Origin: an uncultured Muribaculaceae bacterium
GTDB taxonomy: Bacteria > Bacillota_I > Bacilli_A > RF39 > UBA660
Direction of reading: 5' to 3'
DNA: 64,000 nt
Assembly (NCBI GenBank): GCA_964370475.1
Contig: CAYJJI010000002.1
Span: forward strand, 27,151 to 91,150
Below the pieces are notes generated by a model. It saw only the letters and a list, made by a program, of their open reading frames with translations, searched no databases and was not told where the DNA came from. This document shows positions 8,579-18,362 of the stretch, piece after piece (the first letter of the stretch is position 1; every line of letters starts with the position of its first letter). The translations under genes were made by a program, and so were the position numbers.

Positions 8579-9233
8579 TTTCCCAATTTACAGGTTTGAT
8601 ATTGTTTTTTATTAAATAAGTATTAGTTTTAGAGAAAGGTTTACTATTGAAGAAACCTTTATTTGCCGAGAATGGTGATGGATGAGAAGACTTAATAACT
8701 AGATGATTTTTATTAGTTATTAAATCTTCTTTTTTTATGGCATAATTACCCCATAATATAAATACTACAGATGTTTTTTTATTGTTTAATACTTTGATAA
8801 CCTTATCAGTCACTTTTTCCCATCCAAGATGTTTATGGCTACTAGGATTGCCTTCTTCTACTGTTAAAATACTATTTAATAACAGAACTCCTTCTTTAGT
8901 CCAGTCTAATAGATTTCCATGTTTTGGTATTGGTATATTTAAATCTTTATTTAACTCTTTGTAAATATTTTTTAGTGATGGTGGTATCTTATTGTCTTTT
9001 TCAACTGAAAAAGATAGACCATGTGCTTGGTTAGGTCCATGATATGGGTCTTGTCCTATAATTACTACTTTTACTTCTTCAAACGTCACTTTGGTAAGAG
9101 CGTTAAAAATTTTGTCTTTTTTCGGATAAATTATCTTGTTTTTATATTCTTGGTCTATAGTATCCATTAATTCATTAAAAAAAGAAGTATCTATGATATC
9201 TTTTAATAATTCATCCCAACTATTATTTATCAT
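8568..9233 (-). CDS. ung: Uracil-DNA glycosylase
   Basis: GQDPYHGPNQAHGLSF and HPSPFSA motifs. I prefer the ATG at 9233 because GGAGG lies 5 nt upstream. The track start at 9245 would overlap the rlmH stop. Confidence 0.92.
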   Translation of the reverse strand: MINNSWDELLKDIIDTSFFNELMDTIDQEYKNKIIYPKKDKIFNALTKVTFEEVKVVIIGQDPYHGPNQAHGLSFSVEKDNKIPPSLKNIYKELNKDLNIPIPKHGNLLDWTKEGVLLLNSILTVEEGNPSSHKHLGWEKVTDKVIKVLNNKKTSVVFILWGNYAIKKEDLITNKNHLVIKSSHPSPFSANKGFFNSKPFSKTNTYLIKNNIKPVNWEIKS

Positions 9234-9244
9234 ATAAACCTCCA

Positions 9245-9682
9245 TTATTTATGGTATTTTTCGTTATTATTTATTTTAAACGATCTATAAATTTGTTCTA
9301 ATAATATAGCTCTGAATAATCCGTGCGGGAATGTCATTTGTGAAAATGACATTTTATAATTAGATATTTCTTTTATAGTTTGATCTAATCCTTCAGAACT
9401 TCCTATTATAAATATTATATTTGGAAATGATATAAATTTATTTTCTATCATTTCGGCTAGATTTTTGCTATTTATTTGATTACCTTCTATTTCCATAGTT
9501 ATTACAAAGCTATTATTAGGTATTTCTTTTTTTATTTCTAACGCTTCTTTTTTTAAATCATTAATATCTTTTAATTCTGTTATTTCTATTTTGTGATATT
9601 TATTGATTCTTTTTTTATAATCTTCTATCATATCAATTAAATATTTTTCTTTTAATTTACCTAAACAAATTATCTTAATCAT
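9245..9682 (-). CDS. rlmH: 23S rRNA (pseudouridine1915-N3)-methyltransferase RlmH
   Basis: 145-aa SPOUT-fold protein. The C-terminal MTFPHGLFRAILLEQIYR is typical of RlmH. Conserved adjacency to the yycJ-like gene. Confidence 0.88.
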   Translation of the reverse strand: MIKIICLGKLKEKYLIDMIEDYKKRINKYHKIEITELKDINDLKKEALEIKKEIPNNSFVITMEIEGNQINSKNLAEMIENKFISFPNIIFIIGSSEGLDQTIKEISNYKMSFSQMTFPHGLFRAILLEQIYRSFKINNNEKYHK

Positions 9683-10440
9683 AATTCAATTACTCCACTT
9701 ATTTCTTGTTGTCTTGCACATTTAATGTTAATTTTTTTTGCATCTTCTTTTAATGTTTCTTTGATCGTTTCGTATGCTTTTTCTTCACTGTTATTATTTT
9801 CGCTTAAATGCATTAGTATTATATTCTTAGTTTTTTTACCGATTATTTTACTTAAGTATAATGATGCATCTATATTTGATAAGTGTCCCTTTGGTCCGTA
9901 AACTCTTCTTTTCAAATGCTCTGGATACCTACCATTGATTAACATTTCTATATCGTGATTACTTTCCATTAAGTACATATCTTTATTGGATATATCATTT
10001 AAATATTTTTGGTTAATATATCCTGTATCAGTAATGTATACAAGGGATTTATTATTAGATTCAATAATAAATCCTCTTATATCATTAGTATCGTGAGATA
10101 ATTTTATACTTTTAATCTTCACTTCATTTAATTCTATCTCTTCTTCGTATACTACTGTGTTTTTGTATTCTTTTAACTCTTCTATATCTATTAACATAGG
10201 AAAGGTAATATATATTTTAGGATTATATTTTTTTATAAAAGTTTTTAATGCAGAAGTATGATCTTTATGTGAATGAGTAATTATTATTGTATCTATTTGT
10301 TCTGGTTTTATATCTATTTCTGCTAGTTTTATATTTAAATATTTCGAAGTCATTCCTAAATCGATTAATATTTTATGATGTTTTGTTTCTATGTAAGTGA
10401 TGTTCCCTTTTGAACCACTTGCTAATACACATGATTTCAT
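9679..10440 (-). CDS. MBL-fold metallo-hydrolase (YycJ/WalJ-like)
   Basis: HSHKDH metal motif with N-terminal LASGSKGN. Synteny with rlmH matches Bacillus yycJ-yydA. Confidence 0.82.
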   Translation of the reverse strand: MKSCVLASGSKGNITYIETKHHKILIDLGMTSKYLNIKLAEIDIKPEQIDTIIITHSHKDHTSALKTFIKKYNPKIYITFPMLIDIEELKEYKNTVVYEEEIELNEVKIKSIKLSHDTNDIRGFIIESNNKSLVYITDTGYINQKYLNDISNKDMYLMESNHDIEMLINGRYPEHLKRRVYGPKGHLSNIDASLYLSKIIGKKTKNIILMHLSENNNSEEKAYETIKETLKEDAKKINIKCARQQEISGVIEL

Positions 10441-11945
10441 TAGAATAATATTATATTTCTAGGATTTACTGAGTATCCTCCATTATATGGAAGTCCGATA
10501 AATACACCTAAGTGTAAGTGGACACCTGTTACCCATCCTGTGTCACCCATTCCACCTAAGATGGTTCCTTTAGAAACATAATCTCCTTTACTAACTGTTA
10601 TATGTGATAAATGGGCATATATTGTATAATATCCATTTGGATGTTCTATTACAACGTTTTCTCCAGCTGAATTACCTGCTATTCCACCCCATCCTGCATT
10701 TATTATGTTACCTTCTAGTACTGCGTAAATTGGCGATCCATAACCTGTTCCTGAGATATCTATTCCATCATGTAGAGTTCCCCAACGATATCCATATTCA
10801 CTTGTAATCTTGTATGGGAAGTTTGTTGGATAGCCCCAAGAGTCTCCAGTTGGCTTATAAACTCCTCCACCGGTTCCATATACTACAACTTGATTTTGTG
10901 GCAATCTGATTACTTCACTTTGTGATTCATCGATGTGAGCTCCTTGGTTCATTTCTCCGTTTATTACCTGAGCGTAACTTGTTACTCTTTGTAGTCCGTT
11001 AATACCTGCTACTGTTGTTTTTGTATATCCTGAATACTTAGATGGATCTAAGATTCTCTCTGTTTCAAATGGTTGTTCTATTATTTCTTTTACTTTTAAG
11101 TCATATATTAAAGTGATTTGCGGATCAATAAGTGCAATATTTATTTTTTGACCTACTGATAATATTGTGTTTTCACTTTTTATATCATCATTTGCAATTA
11201 ATAATTCTTGTACGTTTAGTTTGTTATCGAAAGTGATACTTTCGATATCATCTCCAGCTTTTACTGTATATTCTTCTATTTCTATATTATCACCAAATAG
11301 TAATTTTTTTGTTAGTTCATTACTATCTGTAAAAATTTCTTCTTGTGAATTGATGTATGCTTCTTTGATAGTTATAGTTTCATCAAAATACATATCTTCT
11401 ATAATTTGGCCTACATCTGTTAATTCTTCTTGATTTTCTGTAATATAGTCTTCATATTCATCTTTATCAACAAACGTTAAAATATATTGGTCTATGGCGT
11501 CGTAGAAAACCTCTTTTTCTAATACATTTATATTGAATTCCTGTGTTTCTTCTTCGTCTTCTTCATTTTTAGTTTTAATACTAATTTCGTATCCTTTAAT
11601 AGTAAAATCCCTTTCGTTTTTTATACTATCATATATTGTAGATGCTGAAATTATTTCTTCTTCATATGTATTATATTCTACTATTTCAAAACCATTTGGA
11701 GGATAAACTTGGTCTACGTTGTATTTATCCTTTAGTTCTTTTTGTTCTTGGTTTATTAATTTATAAAATTCTTCTTCATCTTCAATCATACCAATTTCTT
11801 TTCCATCTAAATATATTTGATATACTTTATTTGGTGTTAAGATTGGTTCTTGATTAAATGTAGTAAATACTGTTAGCATTGTTACTACTGTTATTATTAC
11901 CCCTGAAAATAAATACATTTTTATTTTTTTATTCATCTTCTTCAA
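10440..11945 (-). CDS. Membrane-anchored LysM/G5/M23 peptidoglycan metalloendopeptidase
   Basis: N-terminal TM. LysM-like segment YTVKAGDDIESI...GQKINI. G5-like segment ...TVAGINGLQRV...VVVYGT. LytM domain with HDGIDIS and GVHLHLGV. Confidence 0.8.
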   Translation of the reverse strand: MKKMNKKIKMYLFSGVIITVVTMLTVFTTFNQEPILTPNKVYQIYLDGKEIGMIEDEEEFYKLINQEQKELKDKYNVDQVYPPNGFEIVEYNTYEEEIISASTIYDSIKNERDFTIKGYEISIKTKNEEDEEETQEFNINVLEKEVFYDAIDQYILTFVDKDEYEDYITENQEELTDVGQIIEDMYFDETITIKEAYINSQEEIFTDSNELTKKLLFGDNIEIEEYTVKAGDDIESITFDNKLNVQELLIANDDIKSENTILSVGQKINIALIDPQITLIYDLKVKEIIEQPFETERILDPSKYSGYTKTTVAGINGLQRVTSYAQVINGEMNQGAHIDESQSEVIRLPQNQVVVYGTGGGVYKPTGDSWGYPTNFPYKITSEYGYRWGTLHDGIDISGTGYGSPIYAVLEGNIINAGWGGIAGNSAGENVVIEHPNGYYTIYAHLSHITVSKGDYVSKGTILGGMGDTGWVTGVHLHLGVFIGLPYNGGYSVNPRNIILF

Positions 11946-13281
11946 TCTCTCCTAAATAACTTTTAAAGTTACTCATATTCAATTCAAAAGTTAATTTGAA
12001 TTTACCAGTTGCACCTTTACGATGCTTAGCTATTATAATATCTACTGGTACACTTTTTTCTTTATTTATTTCTTCTTTTGTTTTGAAGTAATCTTTTCTG
12101 TTAATAAACATTACTAAATCGGCATCTTGTTCTATTTGCCCTGATTCACGTAGGTCTGTTAACATCGGTTCGTTGTTATCTCTTTTTTCAGCATTACGTG
12201 ACAACTGTGCTAATGCTACAACTGGAACTCTTAGTTCCATAGCCATAGTTTTTAATGTTCTTGATATTTCTGCTACTTCTTGTTGTCTTGATTCTATTCT
12301 TTTACTTCCAGTTGTAATCAACTGTAAGTAATCTATTATTACTAACCCTAATCCATGATCTTGATTTGCTAATCTACGACATTTTGCTTTTATTTCACTG
12401 ATAGTGATTGTTGCATTATCTTCGATATAAATATTAGTACTACTTAATTGACTCATTGCTTCATTGTACTTTTTCCAGTCATTGTGTTGCATTTGTCCAG
12501 TTTGTAGTTTATATGAATCAATTGTTCCAGTCGATGATATCATTCTGTTTACTAACTGTTCTGCAGGCATTTCTAAAGTGAATATAGCTATTGCTTTTTC
12601 TGTAGTCATAGCTGCATTAACACCCATATTTAACGCCAGTGCTGTTTTTCCCATACCTGGACGGGCAGCTAGTATTATTACTTCACCTGGATGAAATCCA
12701 CTAGTAACTTTATCCAAATCAGGAAATCCAGTTTCTATTCCTGTTACTTGGTGTTTATTTTTTGATAATTGTTCTAGTTTTTCTTTTGCTATAGCTAGTA
12801 CATCTCTAATAGGTTTGAATTCACTACTTTGTCTTGTTTTTGTTACATTTAATATAGTTCTTTCAGCATTATCTAATGATGATGTTATATCATCATCATT
12901 TTCATATACATTAGTTATGATATCTGTTGCTGAATTAATTAAATCTCTAAATGCTGATTTATCTTTAATTATCTTTATGTAATAATCAAGATTTGCCGTT
13001 GTTGCTACGGAATCTATTATTTCACTAATATATTCTATACCACCAACACTGTTAAAATATTTCTTTTTATCTAACTCTTCTTTTAAAGTAGTAATATCTA
13101 ATGGTATTTTATTATCAAATAATGATTTAATAGCTATAAATATTTTTTGATTTGCTTCATTGTAATACATTTCTTCTGTTGTACTTTCACATACTTTTAC
13201 TAATGCATTTCTATCTAAAAATGTTGCTCCTAATACACTCATTTCTGCTTCTTTATTATTAGGTATTTCTCTTAAAGCCAT
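11929..13281 (-). CDS. dnaB: Replicative DNA helicase
   Basis: 450 aa with Walker A ARPGMGKT and the DnaB N- and C-terminal domain pattern. No intein. Confidence 0.95.
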   Translation of the reverse strand: MALREIPNNKEAEMSVLGATFLDRNALVKVCESTTEEMYYNEANQKIFIAIKSLFDNKIPLDITTLKEELDKKKYFNSVGGIEYISEIIDSVATTANLDYYIKIIKDKSAFRDLINSATDIITNVYENDDDITSSLDNAERTILNVTKTRQSSEFKPIRDVLAIAKEKLEQLSKNKHQVTGIETGFPDLDKVTSGFHPGEVIILAARPGMGKTALALNMGVNAAMTTEKAIAIFTLEMPAEQLVNRMISSTGTIDSYKLQTGQMQHNDWKKYNEAMSQLSSTNIYIEDNATITISEIKAKCRRLANQDHGLGLVIIDYLQLITTGSKRIESRQQEVAEISRTLKTMAMELRVPVVALAQLSRNAEKRDNNEPMLTDLRESGQIEQDADLVMFINRKDYFKTKEEINKEKSVPVDIIIAKHRKGATGKFKLTFELNMSNFKSYLGEIEEDE

Positions 13282-13423
13282 TTAATCACTTCCTTTTCTT
13301 TGTCTACTTATCATTATATCAAATTATTCGTTTTTTTTCACGAAATCTTGTATATATAATAGCATATATTTAACTAATTGGACTTTATTTATTGTTTTTG
13401 ATAAAATATAGGTGGTGATTTAA

Positions 13424-14785
13424 ATGAATTTAAAAAATATTAAGAATGTATATTTATCTGGTATTGGCGGAAGTAGTATGAGTGGTATTGCTTTGCTTTT
13501 AAAGAGCTTCAATATGAATGTATCTGGAAGTGATAGTCAATCTTCTTCTCACACTAACGATTTAATTAATAAAGGAATTAGAGTTGATATAGGTCAAGTA
13601 AGAGAAAATATTACTAAAGATATTGACTTATATATTTACTCAGCTGCTATAGCAGCTGATAATCCCGAAAGAATAGCTTGTGAAGAATTAGGGATTGAAA
13701 CTGTTGAACGTGGTGTATTTATTGGATATTTAACTTCTTTGTATAACTTTAATATAGGAATAAGTGGAACTCATGGCAAAACGACGAATACTGGAATGAT
13801 TGGATGTATATTTTTAGCAAGCGGGATGAATCCTTCTATTCATTTGGGGACTACTTTAAAGCAAATAGGTAGCAATTTTCATATAGGTAGTGAAGAAATA
13901 TTTATTGTTGAAGCTTGTGAATATAGTGAAAGTTATTTAAATTTCAATCAAAATATGATATTAATAACTAACATAGATAGTGATCATTTGGAGTATTTTG
14001 GTTCTCTTGATAACATCAAAAAATCTTTTAGAACTTATATTGATAAGTTACCTGTGGATGGTGTAGTAGTTATCAACAATGATGATTCTAATTCTTTGGA
14101 TATCCTTGATGGATTTAGTAAAAAAGTAGTTACATTTGGCATAGATAATAAAAGTGATTACACTGCTAGGAATTTAAAATTTTATGATTCTTGTGGGTCT
14201 TTTGATTTATATCATAACGAGACTTTATTAGGTAATATCTCTTTACAAGTTTCTGGGTTACATAATGTTTATAATTCTTTAGGAAGTGTTGCTCTATCTT
14301 TAGAGTATGGATTGTCTTTTGATACTGTTAAGAAAGGTATTGAAGATTTTTCTGGAACTGATCGTCGTTTAGAGTATAAAGGATTGTTCAACGGCGCTAA
14401 AGTTTATGATGATTATGGTCATCATCCTGTGGAAATTGATGTTACTAGAAAAGCTGTTGAGTTAATGACTTATGATAAATCGTGGATAATTTATGAGCCT
14501 CTTACCTATACAAGAACTAAAGATCATCTTATTGAGTTTGGTGAAGTTCTTAGTAAGTTTGATAATATTATTCTAATAGATATTTATGCTTCTAGAGAAA
14601 AAGATATTTATAACATTAATTCTAGTATGGTAGCCGATGAGGTAAAGAAATATAATCCTAATGTTGTATATATTAATTATGAAAAAGTCAGAGAATATTT
14701 GATTGATAAAGTTACAAGTAATGATGTTGTAATAGCTATGGGACCTGGTCGTATTACAAAGGTTATAGAAGAATTAATTAAATAA
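13424..14785 (+). CDS. murC: UDP-N-acetylmuramate--L-alanine ligase
   Basis: Mur ligase motifs GIGGSSMSGIA and GTHGKTTNT. 453 aa. GGTGGTGA RBS. Confidence 0.92.
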   Translation: MNLKNIKNVYLSGIGGSSMSGIALLLKSFNMNVSGSDSQSSSHTNDLINKGIRVDIGQVRENITKDIDLYIYSAAIAADNPERIACEELGIETVERGVFIGYLTSLYNFNIGISGTHGKTTNTGMIGCIFLASGMNPSIHLGTTLKQIGSNFHIGSEEIFIVEACEYSESYLNFNQNMILITNIDSDHLEYFGSLDNIKKSFRTYIDKLPVDGVVVINNDDSNSLDILDGFSKKVVTFGIDNKSDYTARNLKFYDSCGSFDLYHNETLLGNISLQVSGLHNVYNSLGSVALSLEYGLSFDTVKKGIEDFSGTDRRLEYKGLFNGAKVYDDYGHHPVEIDVTRKAVELMTYDKSWIIYEPLTYTRTKDHLIEFGEVLSKFDNIILIDIYASREKDIYNINSSMVADEVKKYNPNVVYINYEKVREYLIDKVTSNDVVIAMGPGRITKVIEELIK

Positions 14786-14812
14786 AAAAATGCATTTAAA
14801 TATGCATTTTTT
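14786..14812. terminator. Bidirectional terminator between murC and rplI
   Basis: AAATGCAT-(6 nt)-ATGCATTT hairpin flanked by an A-run on the left and a T-run on the right. Confidence 0.6.
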
Positions 14813-15251
14813 ATTTTACTAACTCAACTGTCAAGTCTATTGTTACTTTTTTATGTAGTTCAAGTTTTACTATATGTGAACCTAATGAGTCAATATGATG
14901 ATCTATTTTGATTTTTTTCTTGTCAATGTTATATCCCATTTTATTTAATTCTTCATGGATTTGTTTAGTTGATATAGTACCAAATACTTGATCATTTTTA
15001 CCAGTTTTAACTTTAAAAGTTATTTTTTTTGTTTTTAACTTTTCTTTGATTTGGTTATATTCTTTTATAAGTTTATCTTCTATTTCTTGTTTATTTTCTA
15101 ACTGTTTATTCAATACTTTACTACTACCCTTTGTGTATGCTATAGCTAGTTTATTTTTTATTAAAAAATTATTTGCATAGCCATCACTTACTTCAATTAC
15201 TTGGTCTTTTTTTCCTTGTTTTTTTACATCTTGTAATAAAATTACTTTCAT
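14811..15251 (-). CDS. rplI: 50S ribosomal protein L9
   Basis: MKVILLQDVKKQGKKDQVIEVSDGYANNFL is a canonical L9 N-terminus. The ATG at 15251 is preceded by GGAGTGA. Confidence 0.95.
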   Translation of the reverse strand: MKVILLQDVKKQGKKDQVIEVSDGYANNFLIKNKLAIAYTKGSSKVLNKQLENKQEIEDKLIKEYNQIKEKLKTKKITFKVKTGKNDQVFGTISTKQIHEELNKMGYNIDKKKIKIDHHIDSLGSHIVKLELHKKVTIDLTVELVK

Positions 15252-15290
15252 AGTTATCACTCCTTCTTACTTATTATATCATTAATTTAT

Positions 15291-15316
15291 AAAAAAAATA
15301 AGACATAGTCTTATTT
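15291..15316 (-). terminator. Terminator after rpsR
   Basis: - strand AAATAAGAC-(loop)-GTCTTATTT followed by T8. Confidence 0.65.
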
Positions 15317-15529
15317 TACGTATGGGATTAATGCCATAAATCTTGCTCTTTTAATTTGTTCAGCTATGTGTCTTTGATGTTTAGCACATGCTCCAGTCAT
15401 ACGACGAGGCATGATTTTACCTTTTTCATTGATGTATTTAGTAACGATCATTACATCTTTGTAATCAACGCTCTTACCAGCACACATTTGACAAATTTTC
15501 TTCTTTTTACGGAAATATCCTTCTGCCAT
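15311..15529 (-). CDS. rpsR: 30S ribosomal protein S18
   Basis: 72 aa, with ...IDYKDV...LTKYI-like and [18 protein letters not shown] typical of S18. Confidence 0.95.
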   Translation of the reverse strand: MAEGYFRKKKKICQMCAGKSVDYKDVMIVTKYINEKGKIMPRRMTGACAKHQRHIAEQIKRARFMALIPYVK

Positions 15530-15544
15530 TGTTATTCCTCCTTT

Positions 15545-15991
15545 TTAAAATGGTAGGTCATCATCGCTAAGTGCAACTTCACTTCCAAAGTCTTCAAAAG
15601 CATCTTTAGAAACGTTTGTTGTTTCGATGTTATTACCTGTTTGATAATCATTAGAGAAATTATTAGAAGTTGCTCCTTTTGCAGATAAAAATGTTACATT
15701 ATCAGCAATAACTTCAGTTACATATCTTTTTGTTCCATCTTGATGATCGTAACTTCTAGTTTGAATTCTTCCATCAACTGCTACTTGGGCACCTTTTTGA
15801 CAATATTTTGCAATATTCTCAGCTTGTTTACGCCATGCTACACAATTAATAAAATCAGCTTCTCTTTCTCCATTTTGATTAGTAAATGTTCTATTAACAG
15901 CTATAGTAAATGTTGTACTGTTCAATCCTGATGCAGTACTTCTCATTTCTGGATCTCTTGTTAATCGACCAATTAAAATTACTTTATTCAT
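15545..15991 (-). CDS. ssb: Single-stranded DNA-binding protein
   Basis: OB-fold N-terminus MNKVILIGRLTRDPE and acidic tip DDDLPF. Sits in the rpsF-ssb-rpsR operon. Confidence 0.95.
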   Translation of the reverse strand: MNKVILIGRLTRDPEMRSTASGLNSTTFTIAVNRTFTNQNGEREADFINCVAWRKQAENIAKYCQKGAQVAVDGRIQTRSYDHQDGTKRYVTEVIADNVTFLSAKGATSNNFSNDYQTGNNIETTNVSKDAFEDFGSEVALSDDDLPF

Positions 15992-15994
15992 TTA

Positions 15995-16285
15995 TTACTC
16001 CTGATCTAATTTGATAATAATATGTCTTAAAATATTTTCATCTAAGTTAGCTTTACGATCAAATTCAGCAATAGCTTCTTTTGTCGCTTCAGTGATTATT
16101 AAATTATAAAATCCATGAATTTCTTTTTTGATTGGATAAGCTAATTTTTTTTCACCTAAGTCTTTAGTTTCAATAACTTTAGAATTGTTATCAGTTAATA
16201 TCTTTGCATATGCAGTAGCTGTTTGTTTAACTGATTCACTTTCTAATGTAGCTTTAACTATAAACATAATTTCATATTTGTTCAT
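15995..16285 (-). CDS. rpsF: 30S ribosomal protein S6
   Basis: MNKYEIMFIV... is a typical S6 N-terminus. First gene of the S6-SSB-S18 operon. Confidence 0.95.
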   Translation of the reverse strand: MNKYEIMFIVKATLESESVKQTATAYAKILTDNNSKVIETKDLGEKKLAYPIKKEIHGFYNLIITEATKEAIAEFDRKANLDENILRHIIIKLDQE

Positions 16286-16293
16286 TTCTACAC

Positions 16294-16336
16294 CTCCTTA
16301 TGGTCTTTTGCGGCCTTACTTATGTAAGGCAAGGAG
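16294..16336 (-). promoter_or_regulatory. rpsF 5' leader structure sequestering the Shine-Dalgarno sequence (S6:S18 autoregulatory-leader-like)
   Basis: On the - strand, CUCCUU (16336-16331) pairs with the SD AAGGAG (16299-16294). This encloses the hairpin GCCUUAC-AUAA-GUAAGGC and an unpaired CCGCAAAAGACC segment. Confidence 0.5.
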
Positions 16337-16356
16337 TAAATTAATACTCGTCTTGT

Positions 16357-16385
16357 ATTATAGCATTAAAAAATGCCTTTGTAAA
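16357..16385 (-). promoter_or_regulatory. Sigma-A promoter of the rpsF-ssb-rpsR operon
   Basis: - strand TTTACA, 17-nt spacer, TATAAT. The -35 lies inside the preceding terminator hairpin. Confidence 0.6.
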
Positions 16386-16391
16386 GGCATT
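16368..16391 (-). terminator. Terminator after the 78-aa gene
   Basis: - strand AATGCCTT-TACA-AAGGCATT followed by a T-run. Confidence 0.65.
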
Positions 16392-16404
16392 TAATAATAC
16401 ACTA

Positions 16405-16641
16405 TTAGGCTCTTTGTGAGTTAGCCATAAATATTTCTAATACTTTTTTTAATTCTACTGGATCTTTAATATCTGCTATACTAACTGAATCTCCAGTTCT
16501 TACTATTTGACCTAGTATTATGTTTTCAGTTTCCGTTGCTTTATTAGTTACGTCCAGACACATTACATAATGATTATCTGATAATAATTCATCTAATACA
16601 TAGAATTTTTTATTATTTACTTCTAAAACTTTATCTCTCAT
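16405..16641 (-). CDS. Small DUF1292-like protein (78 aa)
   Basis: I prefer the ATG at 16641, which lies 4 nt after the upstream stop. The track start at 16671 is TTG. The pattern LEVNNKKFYVLDELL..HYVMCLDV......ILGQIV......I.D..ELKKVLEIF resembles DUF1292/YrzB. Paralogue of 18363-18632. Confidence 0.5.
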   Translation of the reverse strand: MRDKVLEVNNKKFYVLDELLSDNHYVMCLDVTNKATETENIILGQIVRTGDSVSIADIKDPVELKKVLEIFMANSQRA

Positions 16642-16645
16642 ATGG

Positions 16646-18361
16646 TTACACCCTACCCATTCCGTTTTCAATAATGTTAAATGCTTCTTTCGTTAAATTA
16701 ACATATGCTTGGTGTCCATGATTTGAATTGACACTTCCTACAACTTCAGTTACACCATCAAGATTCGCTACTTCACTTAGTGAACTAATTTCAACCGGTC
16801 CGTTTCCTGTCATAGCTACTATCTTATCATAATGTGATCCATATTGTGGATCAATCCATTCAAGTGGCATTTCAGGACTTATTCCATCTACTGCTAATTG
16901 AGTTGAATCATATACACTGTCTAAATTAGTATGACTTACAGCATCTCCTACATTTATATCAGGTATTGTAGGTTCAGTAGGTATTGTAGGATCAGTAGGT
17001 ATTGTAGGATCTACTGGCATTGTTGGATCTGTTGTTGGCAAATCACCTGGTAATTTGTCAACGCCAATATCTGATCCAATTATACCTGTAGCTAGTGATG
17101 TTATACCTGCAGTTATTTGAGCGGTAGTTGTAACAGTTTTTAAATCGTTATAAAATTGTTCACTTCCCCAATAAGCTTTTAATCCACCAACTCTTTCTTT
17201 GATTTCTTCGTCTGCTTCTGAGATTCCTTCTATCTTTTCAGGATTTTTTTGTTCGTTAACCTTTGCTAATTGAATTTTTTTAATTTGAACGTTTGCAAAT
17301 TTCTTTACACCCATTCCTACTAAATTTAGTGCTATAGTTCCGTACGGTCCACCAGCCAATGCTACAGTTGCACCAATTGCTGCTCCTAATACATATTTAG
17401 ATGCATTTTTAACAAATTTCCATACTGCTGCTTTATTTTTACCTTTTTTTGTGGCTTTTTTTCTTTTCTTATCTTCTTCTAATTCAATAGCGTTATTTAG
17501 TTTTTCTTCAAGAATTTTAATTTTATCTTCAAGTGCTTCCGTTTTTTTCTTTTGTTCTTCATATAATGATCTATAATCTATTATATCTTTTTTTTCTGAG
17601 TCCTTATCTTCTTTGTTTTCATTTTGTTTGTTTTCTTGTTGTTGTACTTGAAGTTGATTATTTTGTTTGTTTTCTTGTTGTTGTACTTGTATTTGATTAT
17701 TTTGCCTTACTTGTAGTTGATTTTCCTTATTATTTGCTAGTTGCTTTATCATTTCAGAATTACGTGCTGCTTCAAGTAATTCAGGATAATTTCCTAAATT
17801 ACTTCCAATTGAGTTACCTTCATACAAATAATTGTATAGGGTTTCTTGTATTGAATGATCCATTAACATTAATCTTACTCGTTCATCACTTGATAATTCT
17901 ATATATTGATGTAGCATAGCTAACTCTTGTGTAGTTAAGTATGCTTCGATATTTTGTGGAAGATCAGTTAATTGGAAATTCATATTATTTTTTATTACAT
18001 TTTCAAATTCCATATTTTTATCAGTAACTTTTGATATTATTGCTACTATTTTGCTAAATGTGATATCTGTATTTTTTTCTTTATCAATCATATTCGTTTC
18101 TTCTAATACATTATTATTTTCATCATATGTTATTACTATATTCTCTTTTTGAGGTCCTTTGTTTTTTGCTTTTTGTAATTTTTCATATAAATTTTTAAGT
18201 TCACCTTGATCTTCTGTTTTAACATAAAAACGATAATCAAATATGTCTGCTTGTGATCCATTCCATTTGATTTCTACTTTTTTTCCTTTATAATCATTAG
18301 ATACCATCAAATTTTGTATAGCTTTTCTAATTTCTTCAAGAGTTGTTGGATTTTCTGTCAT
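16646..18361 (-). CDS. 571-aa repeat-rich protein with a central glycine-zipper hydrophobic hairpin (function unknown)
   Basis: Long ORF, tightly coupled to both flanking small genes. It has a Q/N/K/E low-complexity tract, VLGAAIGATVALAGGPYGTIALNLVGMGV, a P-T-[ID]-P-T-[DE] linker and a C-terminal domain of about 125 aa. No signal peptide. Confidence 0.65.
   Translation of the reverse strand: MTENPTTLEEIRKAIQNLMVSNDYKGKKVEIKWNGSQADIFDYRFYVKTEDQGELKNLYEKLQKAKNKGPQKENIVITYDENNNVLEETNMIDKEKNTDITFSKIVAIISKVTDKNMEFENVIKNNMNFQLTDLPQNIEAYLTTQELAMLHQYIELSSDERVRLMLMDHSIQETLYNYLYEGNSIGSNLGNYPELLEAARNSEMIKQLANNKENQLQVRQNNQIQVQQQENKQNNQLQVQQQENKQNENKEDKDSEKKDIIDYRSLYEEQKKKTEALEDKIKILEEKLNNAIELEEDKKRKKATKKGKNKAAVWKFVKNASKYVLGAAIGATVALAGGPYGTIALNLVGMGVKKFANVQIKKIQLAKVNEQKNPEKIEGISEADEEIKERVGGLKAYWGSEQFYNDLKTVTTTAQITAGITSLATGIIGSDIGVDKLPGDLPTTDPTMPVDPTIPTDPTIPTEPTIPDINVGDAVSHTNLDSVYDSTQLAVDGISPEMPLEWIDPQYGSHYDKIVAMTGNGPVEISSLSEVANLDGVTEVVGSVNSNHGHQAYVNLTKEAFNIIENGMGRV
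16961..17032. repeat. 4 x 18-nt in-frame tandem repeat (encodes the PTIPTD/E linker)
   Basis: Units aggtattgtaggttcagt / aggtattgtaggatcagt / aggtattgtaggatctac / tggcattgttggatctgt. Confidence 0.85.
17622..17699. repeat. 2 x 39-nt in-frame tandem repeat (encodes NNQ[LI]QVQQQENKQ), with a degenerate third copy to about 17725
   Basis: 17622-17660 and 17661-17699 differ at only a few positions. Confidence 0.85.
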
Positions 18362-18362
18362 G

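Noticed and set aside
16646-16671. 26-nt overlap between the 571-aa gene and the downstream small gene, as drawn in the ORF track.
   Set aside because: The track start at 16671 is a TTG. An ATG at 16641, 4 nt after the upstream stop and preceded by a G-rich SD-like stretch, is the more likely start. The overlap is probably an artefact of longest-ORF calling.
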